Positions 50,729 to 59,996 of a DNA stretch of 64,000 bases are shown here, one piece after another. Position 1 is the first letter of the stretch. Every line of letters begins with the position of its first letter. The DNA is from Spirochaetia bacterium (lineage in GTDB: Bacteria; Spirochaetota; Spirochaetia; SZUA-6; Bin103): the NCBI GenBank assembly GCA_965198005.1, contig CBDAOI010000004.1, forward strand, positions 1,536,001-1,600,000, written 5' to 3'. Made by a program: the position numbers and the translations under genes. The notes beneath the pieces were generated by a model that made no database searches, was not told the origin of the DNA, and worked only from the letters and a program-made list of their open reading frames with translations.

Positions 50729-51721
50729 TCAAAAAACAACGTCTACTCCCCTTTCTCGGAGCTTGGAGATATGGACTTCCTTCGATGTCTCGCTCAAGGG
50801 GTTACCGGACAAACTGACTGTGTCCCCCTCAGAGAGCCCGCGGTTCTCGACCAGTGGTGAGATGTCGACTATCTGGTTGAACATGAGGTCGAGCTGGGCG
50901 AGATTAGTCAGGGAAGCTAGCGGTGAGAGGTCACTTATCTGATTCTGCTCAAGGCTGAGCGAGGTGATGCTGGTGAGGGAAGCTACCGGTGAGATGTCGC
51001 TTATCTGGTTCTGCTCAAGACTAAGCGCGGTTAAGTTGGTCAGCGGAGCCAGTAAGGAAGCCAGTAGTGAGAGGTCGCTTAGCTCGTTCCCCGTAAGGTC
51101 GAGCTCGGTGAGATTAGTCAGGGAAGCTAGCGGTGCAATGTCGCTTATCTGGTTCAACGCAAGGTCGAGCTCAGTGAGGTTAGTCAGAGAAGCCAGTGGT
51201 GAGATGTCGCTTATCCGGTTCTTCCTAAGGCCGAGATTGGTGAGATTAGTCAGGGAAGCTAGCGGCGAGATGTCGCTTATCCGGTTGTCGTAAAGGCTGA
51301 GCGAGGTGAAGTTGGCGAGCGAAGCCAGTGGTGAGAGGTCGCTTATCCGTCCATAGTGGAAAACCAGCTCGGTAAGGTTACTCAAATACTCCAATCCGGC
51401 GAGGTCGGTGATCTTGACTCTCGCATATCCCCTGCCTGATTCACGAAGCGAGGTGATGGTTTCCAGCTCCGAAACATGGATGGGACCTTGATGCTTCTGG
51501 ATAGCTGCCCTTATGACTCTCTCAAGAGCTTCGTCGGGGATGGTGACCCCTTCGCCCACTTCTTCTGTAGCACTAACAGGTTCTTCTGTAACACTAACAG
51601 GTTCTTCTGCAGTACTTGCAGGTTCTTCTGCAGTATTTACAGGTTCTTCCGCAGGGCCACAGCCGGAAAGAGTGAATATCATTACGAAGACAACGAACAA
51701 AGGCAAGCATTTCCTATCCAT
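50729..51721 (-). CDS. Internalin-like leucine-rich-repeat lipoprotein
   Basis: Lipobox LSGC; 7-aa (21-bp) EEPxxxx repeats at 51560-51650; cap VTIPDEALERVIR; ~22-aa LTNLTELDL..NQISDISPLAS repeats; own TATAAT and AGGAGGT. Confidence 0.92.
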   Translation of the reverse strand: MDRKCLPLFVVFVMIFTLSGCGPAEEPVNTAEEPASTAEEPVSVTEEPVSATEEVGEGVTIPDEALERVIRAAIQKHQGPIHVSELETITSLRESGRGYARVKITDLAGLEYLSNLTELVFHYGRISDLSPLASLANFTSLSLYDNRISDISPLASLTNLTNLGLRKNRISDISPLASLTNLTELDLALNQISDIAPLASLTNLTELDLTGNELSDLSLLASLLAPLTNLTALSLEQNQISDISPVASLTSITSLSLEQNQISDLSPLASLTNLAQLDLMFNQIVDISPLVENRGLSEGDTVSLSGNPLSETSKEVHISKLRERGVDVVF

Positions 51722-51840
51722 CTGCGTCCACCTCCTGTTGCTTACCGCCCAAATTATACGCTGGCGCTCTATCCCGTTGCCCTGAGCAGAGGAACTGGGA
51801 AGCGCGCTTGCAAGCGACAGCCTCCCAGCTCCCTTTTTCC

Positions 51841-53655
51841 CTAACGACCCATGGCGTTCTTCAGCTCACTATCGATCCAGATCCGGGCTTGGACGGTATT
51901 ACGTTCACCCCATCCCATTCCTGCTTCACCGAAATAACCCTCGACCCACGGCTGGCTCACGGAAAACTTAGGGGACTTGGATTTGACTAGGCCCCAGTGC
52001 TCCCTCACAGTGATCTCATCGGCCTGTCTCAAAAGACTCCTATACTCCTCCATGTCGGTAGTTTCTTGGGAGGCAAGATACAGGGCGTCCATACGCGGGT
52101 CCTTCGCTTTGTTGTAGCTCCAGCCAAAGTTTTGGCTAATCCCCTTCATGGGGTTCCAAGTGGTGACGCCGCTGCCGCCATTATATCCCCCTTGCACTAG
52201 CGCCCACTCGTGCGTGTCCGCGCTATTGTCAGCGTTATGCTCAGCGATAGTCTGCGGAACAAGCTCGCCTTCAACGCCAATGGCGTCGAAGTACCCCATG
52301 ATGAGTTCTGCATAGTCTGTGGTGTACCTCTCAAAGGCCCTTACCTTGAGCTTGAATCTATAGCCGTCGGCGCCGCGGGGATACCCGGCCTCATCAAGGA
52401 GCTCCTCGGCCCTTTCGGGGTTATAGGTATATTCTTGCTTGACCTCCTCGGGCCACTCTTCATATGGCCAGGCCCACCCTTCTTCAAGATCTTGTCTCAT
52501 TAACCCGGCAGGCGCTGGATCTCCATAACCCTTAAAGAAGCTGGCGGAATTTACCTCGCGGTCCACTGACATCTGCAGTGCCTTGCGCACAATGGGGTCG
52601 TCAGTGGGCGGCAAAGCCCAGTTAAAAACGAAAACGCCGGCCGGTGCCCCAAGAAAGGGCCACACCTCGATTTCAGGGTTGGTCCGCTCGAGGGTCTCCA
52701 AATCGTCGACATTGTATATCCAAGAGTCGCCGAAGTTACCCATCACATCAATCTTACCCGTGCGGAATGCCGCCAGACGTGCCGACATCTCTCGCATCAT
52801 CAGGGACCTTAACTCGTCAATATAGGGGAGACGGTTCTCCGGGAATTTTTCGTCGTAGCCCCAGTAGTTAGGATTCTTCTCCCAGGTTACAGAGCTGCCG
52901 TCCACGTACTCAGTCAGTCTCCAGGGCCCGGTGCCGACCAGATTGCTCCAGTCCTTAGCGTCTCCGTATTTCTCGATTACCTCGGGAGCGTACGCAACCC
53001 AGTAGGGGTTGAGCAGTTTCCCCAGCACATCGAGGGTAGGCTCCGTCAGCTTCATAACAACCGTCCATTTGTCGGTGGCAGTTACCGATTCGAGACCTAC
53101 ACCCCAGGTGGTAGCAAATGTATGGGCGCTAGGTCCGGCCTCGGTGAAATCGCCCAGACCGAAATAGCGGTGATAGTTGTGTTCGACGTCATAGGCATCG
53201 AACTCCCGACCGTTCACCGGCTCCTTATCGTCCCAGTAAACGCCCTTGCGGATGTTCCAGATGAACGTTGTGTCGTCGGGCATTGACCAGCTTTCAGCCA
53301 GAGCCCCTCGAGTCATCTCTGGGCTCACAATGGCGTAGTCTCTACCGTTCCATATGTCCCTGGATAGTCCCCAGTCGGCGAACGCTAGCCTCTCAGTAAC
53401 ACCACCGACGAAATGATGCGCCCAGCCACTAACCCACCAATGGTCAGCATTTTCAGGATACGCCGTAGCGGCCCACGTGAGTGTGCCGCCGTACTCCGGC
53501 GCGGTCCACGTCATACCGGTGGCGGGGTCGAACACCGTCTCTTTGTCGGCAGCGGCTCCCGGTGCCTCTTCTGTGCCACCGCCGGCCCAGAGGCCGGTTG
53601 CGGTCAGAACTAGGACCAACGCAATCGCGAAGGTCCTTGAAAAAAATAGCTTCAT
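51841..53655 (-). CDS. Family-5 ABC substrate-binding protein
   Basis: Paralog of 41385-43166. Confidence 0.95.
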   Translation of the reverse strand: MKLFFSRTFAIALVLVLTATGLWAGGGTEEAPGAAADKETVFDPATGMTWTAPEYGGTLTWAATAYPENADHWWVSGWAHHFVGGVTERLAFADWGLSRDIWNGRDYAIVSPEMTRGALAESWSMPDDTTFIWNIRKGVYWDDKEPVNGREFDAYDVEHNYHRYFGLGDFTEAGPSAHTFATTWGVGLESVTATDKWTVVMKLTEPTLDVLGKLLNPYWVAYAPEVIEKYGDAKDWSNLVGTGPWRLTEYVDGSSVTWEKNPNYWGYDEKFPENRLPYIDELRSLMMREMSARLAAFRTGKIDVMGNFGDSWIYNVDDLETLERTNPEIEVWPFLGAPAGVFVFNWALPPTDDPIVRKALQMSVDREVNSASFFKGYGDPAPAGLMRQDLEEGWAWPYEEWPEEVKQEYTYNPERAEELLDEAGYPRGADGYRFKLKVRAFERYTTDYAELIMGYFDAIGVEGELVPQTIAEHNADNSADTHEWALVQGGYNGGSGVTTWNPMKGISQNFGWSYNKAKDPRMDALYLASQETTDMEEYRSLLRQADEITVREHWGLVKSKSPKFSVSQPWVEGYFGEAGMGWGERNTVQARIWIDSELKNAMGR

Positions 53656-53870
53656 CGTTTCTTCCTTCAAAGTTATCTTGAGAGTATTGCGTAGCGGATT
53701 GCCGCTCCCTGGCTACTCTGACGCCCGCAACCGCGGGCGCGCCCGGCAACGCGGACGGCCAGTCTGAGTCAATTTGTGAAGCGGGCGGCGTGTGACTCAC
53801 CGGGTTCACCCGGGCTCACGCCGCGCGCGCGTGCGGTTCTTTGAGTATCATCTTCACCTCCTTCTTGGGG
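53656..53870 (-). promoter_or_regulatory. Conserved structured leader with uORF MILKEPHARAA (53816-53851)
   Basis: SD AAGGAGGTGA; homologous to the other two leaders. Confidence 0.75.
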
Positions 53871-54184
53871 CACAGGGTGCCCTGCCAGATGGCTGACGTA
53901 AGATGGGATCCGCGTGCGCGGCCCATCATGCAAACGCCCACCGCTCGGCGGACGTCGGGACCTGCGTCACAACGCCACGCGGGGCGGTGGTCGGCCGAGC
54001 AACGAATGTGTTTGGCCGGCGACGTCGGCGGTCGGTTCTGTGACGGTGAGTTGGGGGGCGGGGATCCAGGACCGTTGCGGTCGTAGCCGGCCGCTACCCC
54101 GGTGCTGAAGGCGACGGCGTGCGCGGGGTCGCGTACGGGGCGATCAGCCGGAGCGGTTAGTTGATTCTCGGTTCGAAAAAGTAC

Positions 54185-54212
54185 GGGGGGGGGGGGGGGG
54201 GGGGGGGGGGGG
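54185..54212 (+). repeat. Poly-G tract (28 G)
   Basis: The paralogous site at 62335-62344 has 10 G. Confidence 0.8.
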
Positions 54213-54229
54213 TATGATGCACCGGTCGC

Positions 54230-54740
54230 GTCACAGCGAACCGGTCACTGCGCTTACGCCATCCTGGCGCGTCATCGTGACGCTTCATGACCATCCGTCG
54301 AACCCCAAGTGAGGCACGCTAGCATAGGCGCGGCGCGCCGTCAACGACTCGTGGGGGTCACCGGGGTGAGCGAAGGTCACCGCCAACCCGTCACTGGACG
54401 TCGTCATGGCGCTTCATCACCGTTCCGTCGAACCCCAAGCGAGGCAAGCTAGCATAGGCGCGGCGCGCCGTCAACGACTCGTGGGGGTCACCGTGAGCAG
54501 GTCACCGCCACCCGTCACCGCGCTGACTGTCGTCATGGCGCTTCATCACCGATCCGTCGAACCCCACGCGATGCAAGCTTGCTATGGACGCGGCCAGCCT
54601 GTCAACGACTCGGAGGTCACCGAGGTCACCGACCGTGACCGCCAACTGGCCACTGCGCTGGCGGTCGTCGTGGCGCTTCATCCTCATCGACTCTAACCCC
54701 TAACGGTGCAGTCTCTCGCGAGCGCGGCGACCCTGTCAAC
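54230..54740 (-). repeat. Tandem array of four ~130-bp units, each carrying TTGAC on the minus strand
   Basis: gtcaac at 54340, 54470, 54601 and 54735; cgcttcat at about 54281, 54410, 54538 and 54674. Confidence 0.9.
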
Positions 54741-55066
54741 AGCGCCGACCCGTGGGGTGCGCGCGAACGAAATTTGCGTTGCCGACCGGCAACGCGCGGT
54801 GTCACGCCGGACGAGCGGTGACCTTCACACGTGGCTCCATCCGTAGCGCCACGGGTGGCATGCAGCTCCCGGCCCGCGACAGGACGTCGTGGGCTGGGAG
54901 CCCGTTAGCTGTTCCGGAGGCGCGCCCGGAACGCACCCGACCAGGTCGACGAGCGCCGGGCTGGGTATGGGCGTGACCTGGCCGGTCAGCTCGAAGCGGC
55001 GCCTGGGCACCGCAGACCCAGTCGGCGAAGTGTACCGAGAAGGACGCCACGGTACTCGCCCGGGCG
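54700..55066 (-). repeat. Repeat 'R', copy 4
   Basis: Matches 62730-63090; shares the ggtactcgcccggg end with copy 2. Confidence 0.88.
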
Positions 55067-55121
55067 ACCGACGACCGCACCGAAATCCGCGAGGGCCGCC
55101 TCTCAGCTAGTTGCTTCGAAA

Positions 55122-55239
55122 TCAGGTACGACGCTGCCAGCGACGCGGATCTCGCCTGGCGTGCATGCATGCGACGACGACAATAGTGTCGCCATAGATG
55201 CGGTAGAAGAGCCCGTAAGGAAACCGCTGTGGGATTAGA
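55122..55239 (-). pseudogene. ParE toxin 3' fragment (duplicate of 63494-63611), cut by IS1634
   Basis: 55107-55240 is nearly identical to 63479-63612. Confidence 0.9.
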
Positions 55240-57216
55240 CCGAAGTTCCAGAGGATGATTGTTAGGTAAGTTGCGTGATAACATATAGTTACGTGCAATT
55301 TCTCAGGTGCCGTGCGTGGCTACATCCGAGGCGTGAATCCCCAGTAGTTCGAAGCAGCGCTGCTGCACGGGCGTCGGCTGCGTCAGTAACTGGAAGGCGC
55401 CGCCACCCTCTGCAACCTGCATTGTGTTCGCTGTCAGCGTGCCTAACACGCTGATCAGCCCACGAAAACTGTGCACCGGCAGATCATCTGCGGTGCGCTT
55501 GCTGGACGCTTTCGCCTGTGCCGCCGGCGACCGCACCGCCGGGCGCACCACCGACGACCGTTGCCGTTCCCCCGCCTCCGGATCGTGGTCATCGAACAGC
55601 ACCGGCGCCAAGGTGCCGCGCATGTGCCACTCCACGTAGTAGGCCAGCATACACAACAGCACGTGCGCCCGTACCCGCTCAGCCCGCCGATGGTAGATCG
55701 GACGCACCTTCAGATCCACCGTCTTCATACTCCGGAACGCGCGCTCCACCTTGGACAGGTCCTTGTACGCCCGCACCGTCTGATCGGCGTCGAACAGCTC
55801 GGGCTCGACGTTGGAGCGCACGATGTACCGCCCATCGAGTTCTTCTTCGGCCGCGATCTTCTCCTGGTCACGCACAAACGTGAATGAGGTCTCGGTGATC
55901 TCGGTGATGAAATGCTTGGCCACCTTGTGCTGGTTGATCACCTTGCCCACCCGGATGCCGATCTCACCGGCGCCGCGCAGCGGATCGTTGGCGCGCTGCG
56001 TGGCAGTCACGATGGAGGCCAGTTTCTCTTCGGTGGCGGCCAACAACTCCAGCCGCTTGCGCCGCCGTTGCTCGGCCAACACCGGGTTGCGGCACACGAC
56101 CAGCCGTTCGCCGGGAAAGTCGGGACTGCTGATCTCCGCCAAGTCACGTTCGTCGAACAACGTCGGCGTCACGCTCCCGGCCGCGATCAGCTTGCGGATG
56201 GTGGGCGCGCGCAAGGTCGTGATCCAGCGCAGCCCGTCGATTCCCTGCAGATCCTCCCGGATGCGCGCGCCAGTGAGCATGCCGCGGTCGCCCACCAGCA
56301 CCACCCGCTGCAACCCGAAGCGCCTGCGAATCTTGTCCACCTGCGCGGCGACCGTCTTCGGGTCGCTGGTCGAGCCCTCGAATACCTCGACCGCCACCGG
56401 ACAGCCGGCTGCCGTGCACAGCAGCCCGAACACGATCTGCAAGGTGCCGCGCTTGCCGTCGCGGCTGTGACCGCGCTGCGCCAACGGACAGGTGTGTCCC
56501 TCGAAATAGCTGGAGGCAAGGTCATACAACATCAGCGTGTTGTCACTCAGGTGGCGCTGTGCCAAGCGGTTCTCGATCCCCTGCTGGCGCCGTACCAGCC
56601 AGTCCATCGCTTGGTACAACTCATTCTCATCGACCGCGCCTAACCCCAGCAGTTGGCCCAGGGTGGACACTGCGGTCTCGGCGGACAGCGCGCTGGCGGT
56701 GGCCAGTTTGGAGCGGGCGTCGATCACGCGGGCGACGATCATGGCGATCACCAGACCGCGCATGCGGCTGGCAGGACGGGCGATGAGGGTGTGCAGACCG
56801 AGCTGCTTGAGGGTGCCGAGGACGGCGGCCACGTGACCATGGGCGTAGCTGCGCACGCAGGTGAAGGCGGCATCGGGATTGACGAGGGGTTCGCCTTTGA
56901 GAGCTCTGCGGATGAGATCGATGACGCGGCTGGGGAGGTGGGAGATGTTACCGAGGGTTTCGTGCTTGACCTTGCCGTCCTGGCGGAAGGTTCTGCGCAG
57001 CAAATGGGTGTGGTAGGTCTTGTTGTTGTGGCGGCGGGTGGTGGTGGCTACATGGACTGCACCGTTTCTGGTTGGCATCGTTGATAGAGTACACACAACA
57101 GCGAAATAAGTCAATGCCATTGGGGGTAAACTCGTGGCTACACATTGCACGGTCACAAAGCCACTAATTACTTGTATGTAAAGTAATTAACCCAGATTTT
57201 CCGTCTGGAACTTCGG
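55240..57216 (-). mobile_element. IS1634-family insertion sequence
   Basis: 13-bp TIR CCGAAGTTCCAGA / TCTGGAACTTCGG; ATTAGA on both flanks (55234-55239, 57217-57222). Confidence 0.92.
55303..57078 (-). CDS. IS1634-family DDE transposase
   Basis: LYDLASSYFEG, GHSRDGK, VGDRGM, YKDLSKVERAFRSMK, VRPIYH..RVRAHV; promoter TTGACT-17-TACTCT 7 nt before ATG 57078. Confidence 0.95.
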   Translation of the reverse strand: MPTRNGAVHVATTTRRHNNKTYHTHLLRRTFRQDGKVKHETLGNISHLPSRVIDLIRRALKGEPLVNPDAAFTCVRSYAHGHVAAVLGTLKQLGLHTLIARPASRMRGLVIAMIVARVIDARSKLATASALSAETAVSTLGQLLGLGAVDENELYQAMDWLVRRQQGIENRLAQRHLSDNTLMLYDLASSYFEGHTCPLAQRGHSRDGKRGTLQIVFGLLCTAAGCPVAVEVFEGSTSDPKTVAAQVDKIRRRFGLQRVVLVGDRGMLTGARIREDLQGIDGLRWITTLRAPTIRKLIAAGSVTPTLFDERDLAEISSPDFPGERLVVCRNPVLAEQRRRKRLELLAATEEKLASIVTATQRANDPLRGAGEIGIRVGKVINQHKVAKHFITEITETSFTFVRDQEKIAAEEELDGRYIVRSNVEPELFDADQTVRAYKDLSKVERAFRSMKTVDLKVRPIYHRRAERVRAHVLLCMLAYYVEWHMRGTLAPVLFDDHDPEAGERQRSSVVRPAVRSPAAQAKASSKRTADDLPVHSFRGLISVLGTLTANTMQVAEGGGAFQLLTQPTPVQQRCFELLGIHASDVATHGT

Positions 57217-57217
57217 A

Positions 57218-57547
57218 TTAGACTTAAATGATCAATCATTGATTGCGAACTACTCCACTCTTCATGGTATCCGGGATCTTCGGAACTTGCTGGCTCACGA
57301 AGTATCAGAGACAACCACGTGGCACAGCTTCAACACCGATCTTGGCGTCGTCGAAAATGAACTCCAGCATCTCGGCTTCGTCGGGGATCGTCCAGAATAT
57401 AAATACTTCGGTGAACGCTCTGCGATACGCGGGAGCGATGAGCCCGGCATCGCATTTGTGCAGGATTTTCGATTTGGAATCAAATGCAATGATCGCGTGA
57501 CCATGGAAATCTCGTTCACACGAAAGACACACAATGCTGGAGATTAG
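57218..57547 (+). pseudogene. 5'-truncated low-GC protein with HEPN-like RxxxxH motif
   Basis: Frame open up to the IS end; GIRDLRNLLAHE. Confidence 0.5.
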
Positions 57548-57808
57548 GTGGGCGTTTATCATTATGCCTTCTATGCGTTCACGAGCCGATAATTTCGCGA
57601 TAATTGACGCGTTTTCGTAATGATCGCTCCAGGATGATACATTGGCAGAGATTTCACAACCTCCGTTATCTTGTGTCGCCGAGAACATCATCAAACGGAG
57701 TCCCGCACTTCCTCTGAGGGGCCAATCGATATAGGTTATTCCTGGAACTGCCTGCCATGTATCTGCCTTCTCGGGATTTTGGGGATCATGTCGGGAATTA
57801 AGAAGATT

Positions 57809-58729
57809 TTACGCTCTTTCCTGCATACGCTCGACGCCACCTCTCAGCCTCGGGTCAAGCAGGTCCCTCACGGCATCGCCGAACATGTTTAGACTCCAAA
57901 CGGTAATCGTCAGGGCAAGACCCGGCCAGAGAGCCAGGTGTGGCGCTATATCCATGAACCTACGTCCTTCCTGGCTGAGCAGACCACCCCAATCAGGAAT
58001 CTCGGGAGGCAGACCGAATCCGAGGAAGCCCAGAGAAGCCAAAGTCAGGATTACGTCTCCTATACGCATGCTGAATGAAATGATTATGATAGGCATCACA
58101 TTGGGTATGACATGTCGCAGAAATGGTCTAAATCTTGAGCTGCCAATCGCCTCCGCCGCCTCAAAATACACATTCTCCTTAATGCCAATGACGGCGCTTC
58201 GGATTACTCTACTGCCGCCGATGCCTCCTGATATGGCCAGAACCAGTATTATCTGTGGCAAACCCCTTCCCACTATGGACATTACGGTTAACAACAGGAG
58301 CAGTCCCGGGAAACTAATCCAGGTATCAACAAATCTCTGCACACCCAGGTCCAGTTTACCACCAAAGAATCCTGAGATGCCGCCTATCAGGGTACTGAGC
58401 ACAACATTAAGTGTGGTCACTGTCAGACCGATAAGTACGGAAATACGAGCCCCATAGATAATGCGGCTCAAGAAGTCTCGCCCCAGCTGGTCAGTACCCA
58501 GGAGATACTTGGCTGATGAACCCTGAAGCCTGTCTACCAGGTGTAATTCATCATACGGATAAGGGGTCAAAACACCGCCAAAGATAGCCACAAAAATCAA
58601 TATCAATAAGATAATCCCGCAGGCAGTACCCAGTGGCTTCTTCTTCCATAGCCTGATAAAGAAATCAGCCAGCCTTTTACGTATCTTTGGTTCGCTTACT
58701 GCTGATGGTGTCCCTGTGCCGTCACTCAT
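57809..58729 (-). CDS. ABC permease, OppC/DppC-like
   Basis: Paralog of the other OppC-like genes. Confidence 0.95.
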   Translation of the reverse strand: MSDGTGTPSAVSEPKIRKRLADFFIRLWKKKPLGTACGIILLILIFVAIFGGVLTPYPYDELHLVDRLQGSSAKYLLGTDQLGRDFLSRIIYGARISVLIGLTVTTLNVVLSTLIGGISGFFGGKLDLGVQRFVDTWISFPGLLLLLTVMSIVGRGLPQIILVLAISGGIGGSRVIRSAVIGIKENVYFEAAEAIGSSRFRPFLRHVIPNVMPIIIISFSMRIGDVILTLASLGFLGFGLPPEIPDWGGLLSQEGRRFMDIAPHLALWPGLALTITVWSLNMFGDAVRDLLDPRLRGGVERMQERA

Positions 58730-58747
58730 ATTCCCGATATTCCTCCC

Positions 58748-59776
58748 TTATCTATAACGGACCCTGGGGTCTAAATAGGGATAAATCATGTCGGTAAGTA
58801 GAATGGCCAACATAGTTATGCCGCCGAAAAACAGGTTTACTCCGGAAATCACCGGGTAGTCTCTAAGACTGAGTGCCTCCAGAAAGAAACGACCTAACCC
58901 CGGCAGGTTGAATATGCTCTCTATGATAACTGAGCCACCTACCAGCAGGGGCAAAGACCCACCTACCAGGGTAACTACCGGGATGATTGCATTCTTCATG
59001 GCGTGTCTGATAATGACTACCCTCTCCTTGAGACCCTTGGACCAGGCCGTCCTGATATAGTCCTGCCTGAGCACCTCCAGCATCATGGTGCGCGTCAACC
59101 GCATTGTGCCGGCAGCCATGCCCGTCCCCAGAATCAGGCTGGGAATGATGAACACCCCGAGATTCCCCAGCGGGTCTTCCACGAAAGGAACCCACGTCAT
59201 CGGTGGCGACCATTTCCACCAGATTGCCGGGTATACCATGACCATAAGTGCCAGCCAGAAGTTGGGCGCTGCCATGCCGATGATAGCGACGGTGCGCCCC
59301 GTGTAGTCGGCGGCGGTATCCTGGCGAATCGCCGAGTAGATGCCGACTGGCAGGGCTATCACTAGCCCGATTACGATTGCCATGACGCCAAGCTCAATGG
59401 TTACCGGGAGTTTACGTAATATCCTCTCCTCTATCGAAAGAGATGAAGCCGGCGAGGTTGAGAAGTATTCGCCACGCTCAAACAGTGATTCGCCAAAGGT
59501 GCCCTGGAGGAGACCTTTGAAGTGGGACTCACCGGTAAACCAGTCAGGGGTCGGCAACACTCCTATCCAGCGTCCATACTGCACGTAGACAGGCACGTCT
59601 AATCCCAGCTGATGCTCAAGAGCTTCACGGTCAATATCGTATCCGAACTCCATCCGAGCCGCCATTGCGTCTATTACATCGCCCGGGATGAAGCGGACCG
59701 AGAGAAAGACTATGGTACTCAATATAAACAAGGAGGGGATTATCAGCAATAACCGCCTGATGAGATAGGCTCTCAT
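58748..59776 (-). CDS. ABC permease, OppB/DppB-like, with loop insertions
   Basis: Paralog carrying extra VLPTPDWFTGESHF and ERGEYFSTSPASSL segments. Confidence 0.95.
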   Translation of the reverse strand: MRAYLIRRLLLIIPSLFILSTIVFLSVRFIPGDVIDAMAARMEFGYDIDREALEHQLGLDVPVYVQYGRWIGVLPTPDWFTGESHFKGLLQGTFGESLFERGEYFSTSPASSLSIEERILRKLPVTIELGVMAIVIGLVIALPVGIYSAIRQDTAADYTGRTVAIIGMAAPNFWLALMVMVYPAIWWKWSPPMTWVPFVEDPLGNLGVFIIPSLILGTGMAAGTMRLTRTMMLEVLRQDYIRTAWSKGLKERVVIIRHAMKNAIIPVVTLVGGSLPLLVGGSVIIESIFNLPGLGRFFLEALSLRDYPVISGVNLFFGGITMLAILLTDMIYPYLDPRVRYR

Positions 59777-59789
59777 GTCACACTACTCC

Positions 59790-59990
59790 TTGTCATTGCG
59801 AGCCCCCCCCCCCCGTCATTCCCGCGAAAGCGGGAATGCATAGTAATTTCAAATGGTTGCGTTTTCTGGATTCCGGGTCTTCGCCCGGAATGACAGTGAG
59901 AAAGCGCCCCTCTCATTATTTGAGGAGTATCGGGAGCTGGGAAGCGCGCCTGCAGGCGACAGCCTCCCAGCTCCCCTTTTCCCTGAGCTA
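59790..59990. repeat. REP-like palindromes (GTCATTCCCGCGAAAGCGGGAAT type) and the post-SBP hairpin
   Basis: gtcattcccgcgaaagcgggaatg..ttccgggtcttcgcccggaatgac; gggagctggga..tcccagctccc; poly-C at 59803-59814. Confidence 0.75.
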
Positions 59991-59996
59991 AGCCAC

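Noticed and set aside
53870-53895. Sigma54 promoter (TGGCA..TGC) before the leader
   Set aside because: GG-to-GC spacing does not fit -24/-12 in any copy.
54290-54570. tRNA/tmRNA suggested by GGTTCGA in the array units
   Set aside because: No T-stem closure, cloverleaf or acceptor stem.
54230-54740. CRISPR array
   Set aside because: Whole ~130-bp units are homologous, there are no unique spacers, and no cas genes lie in the window.
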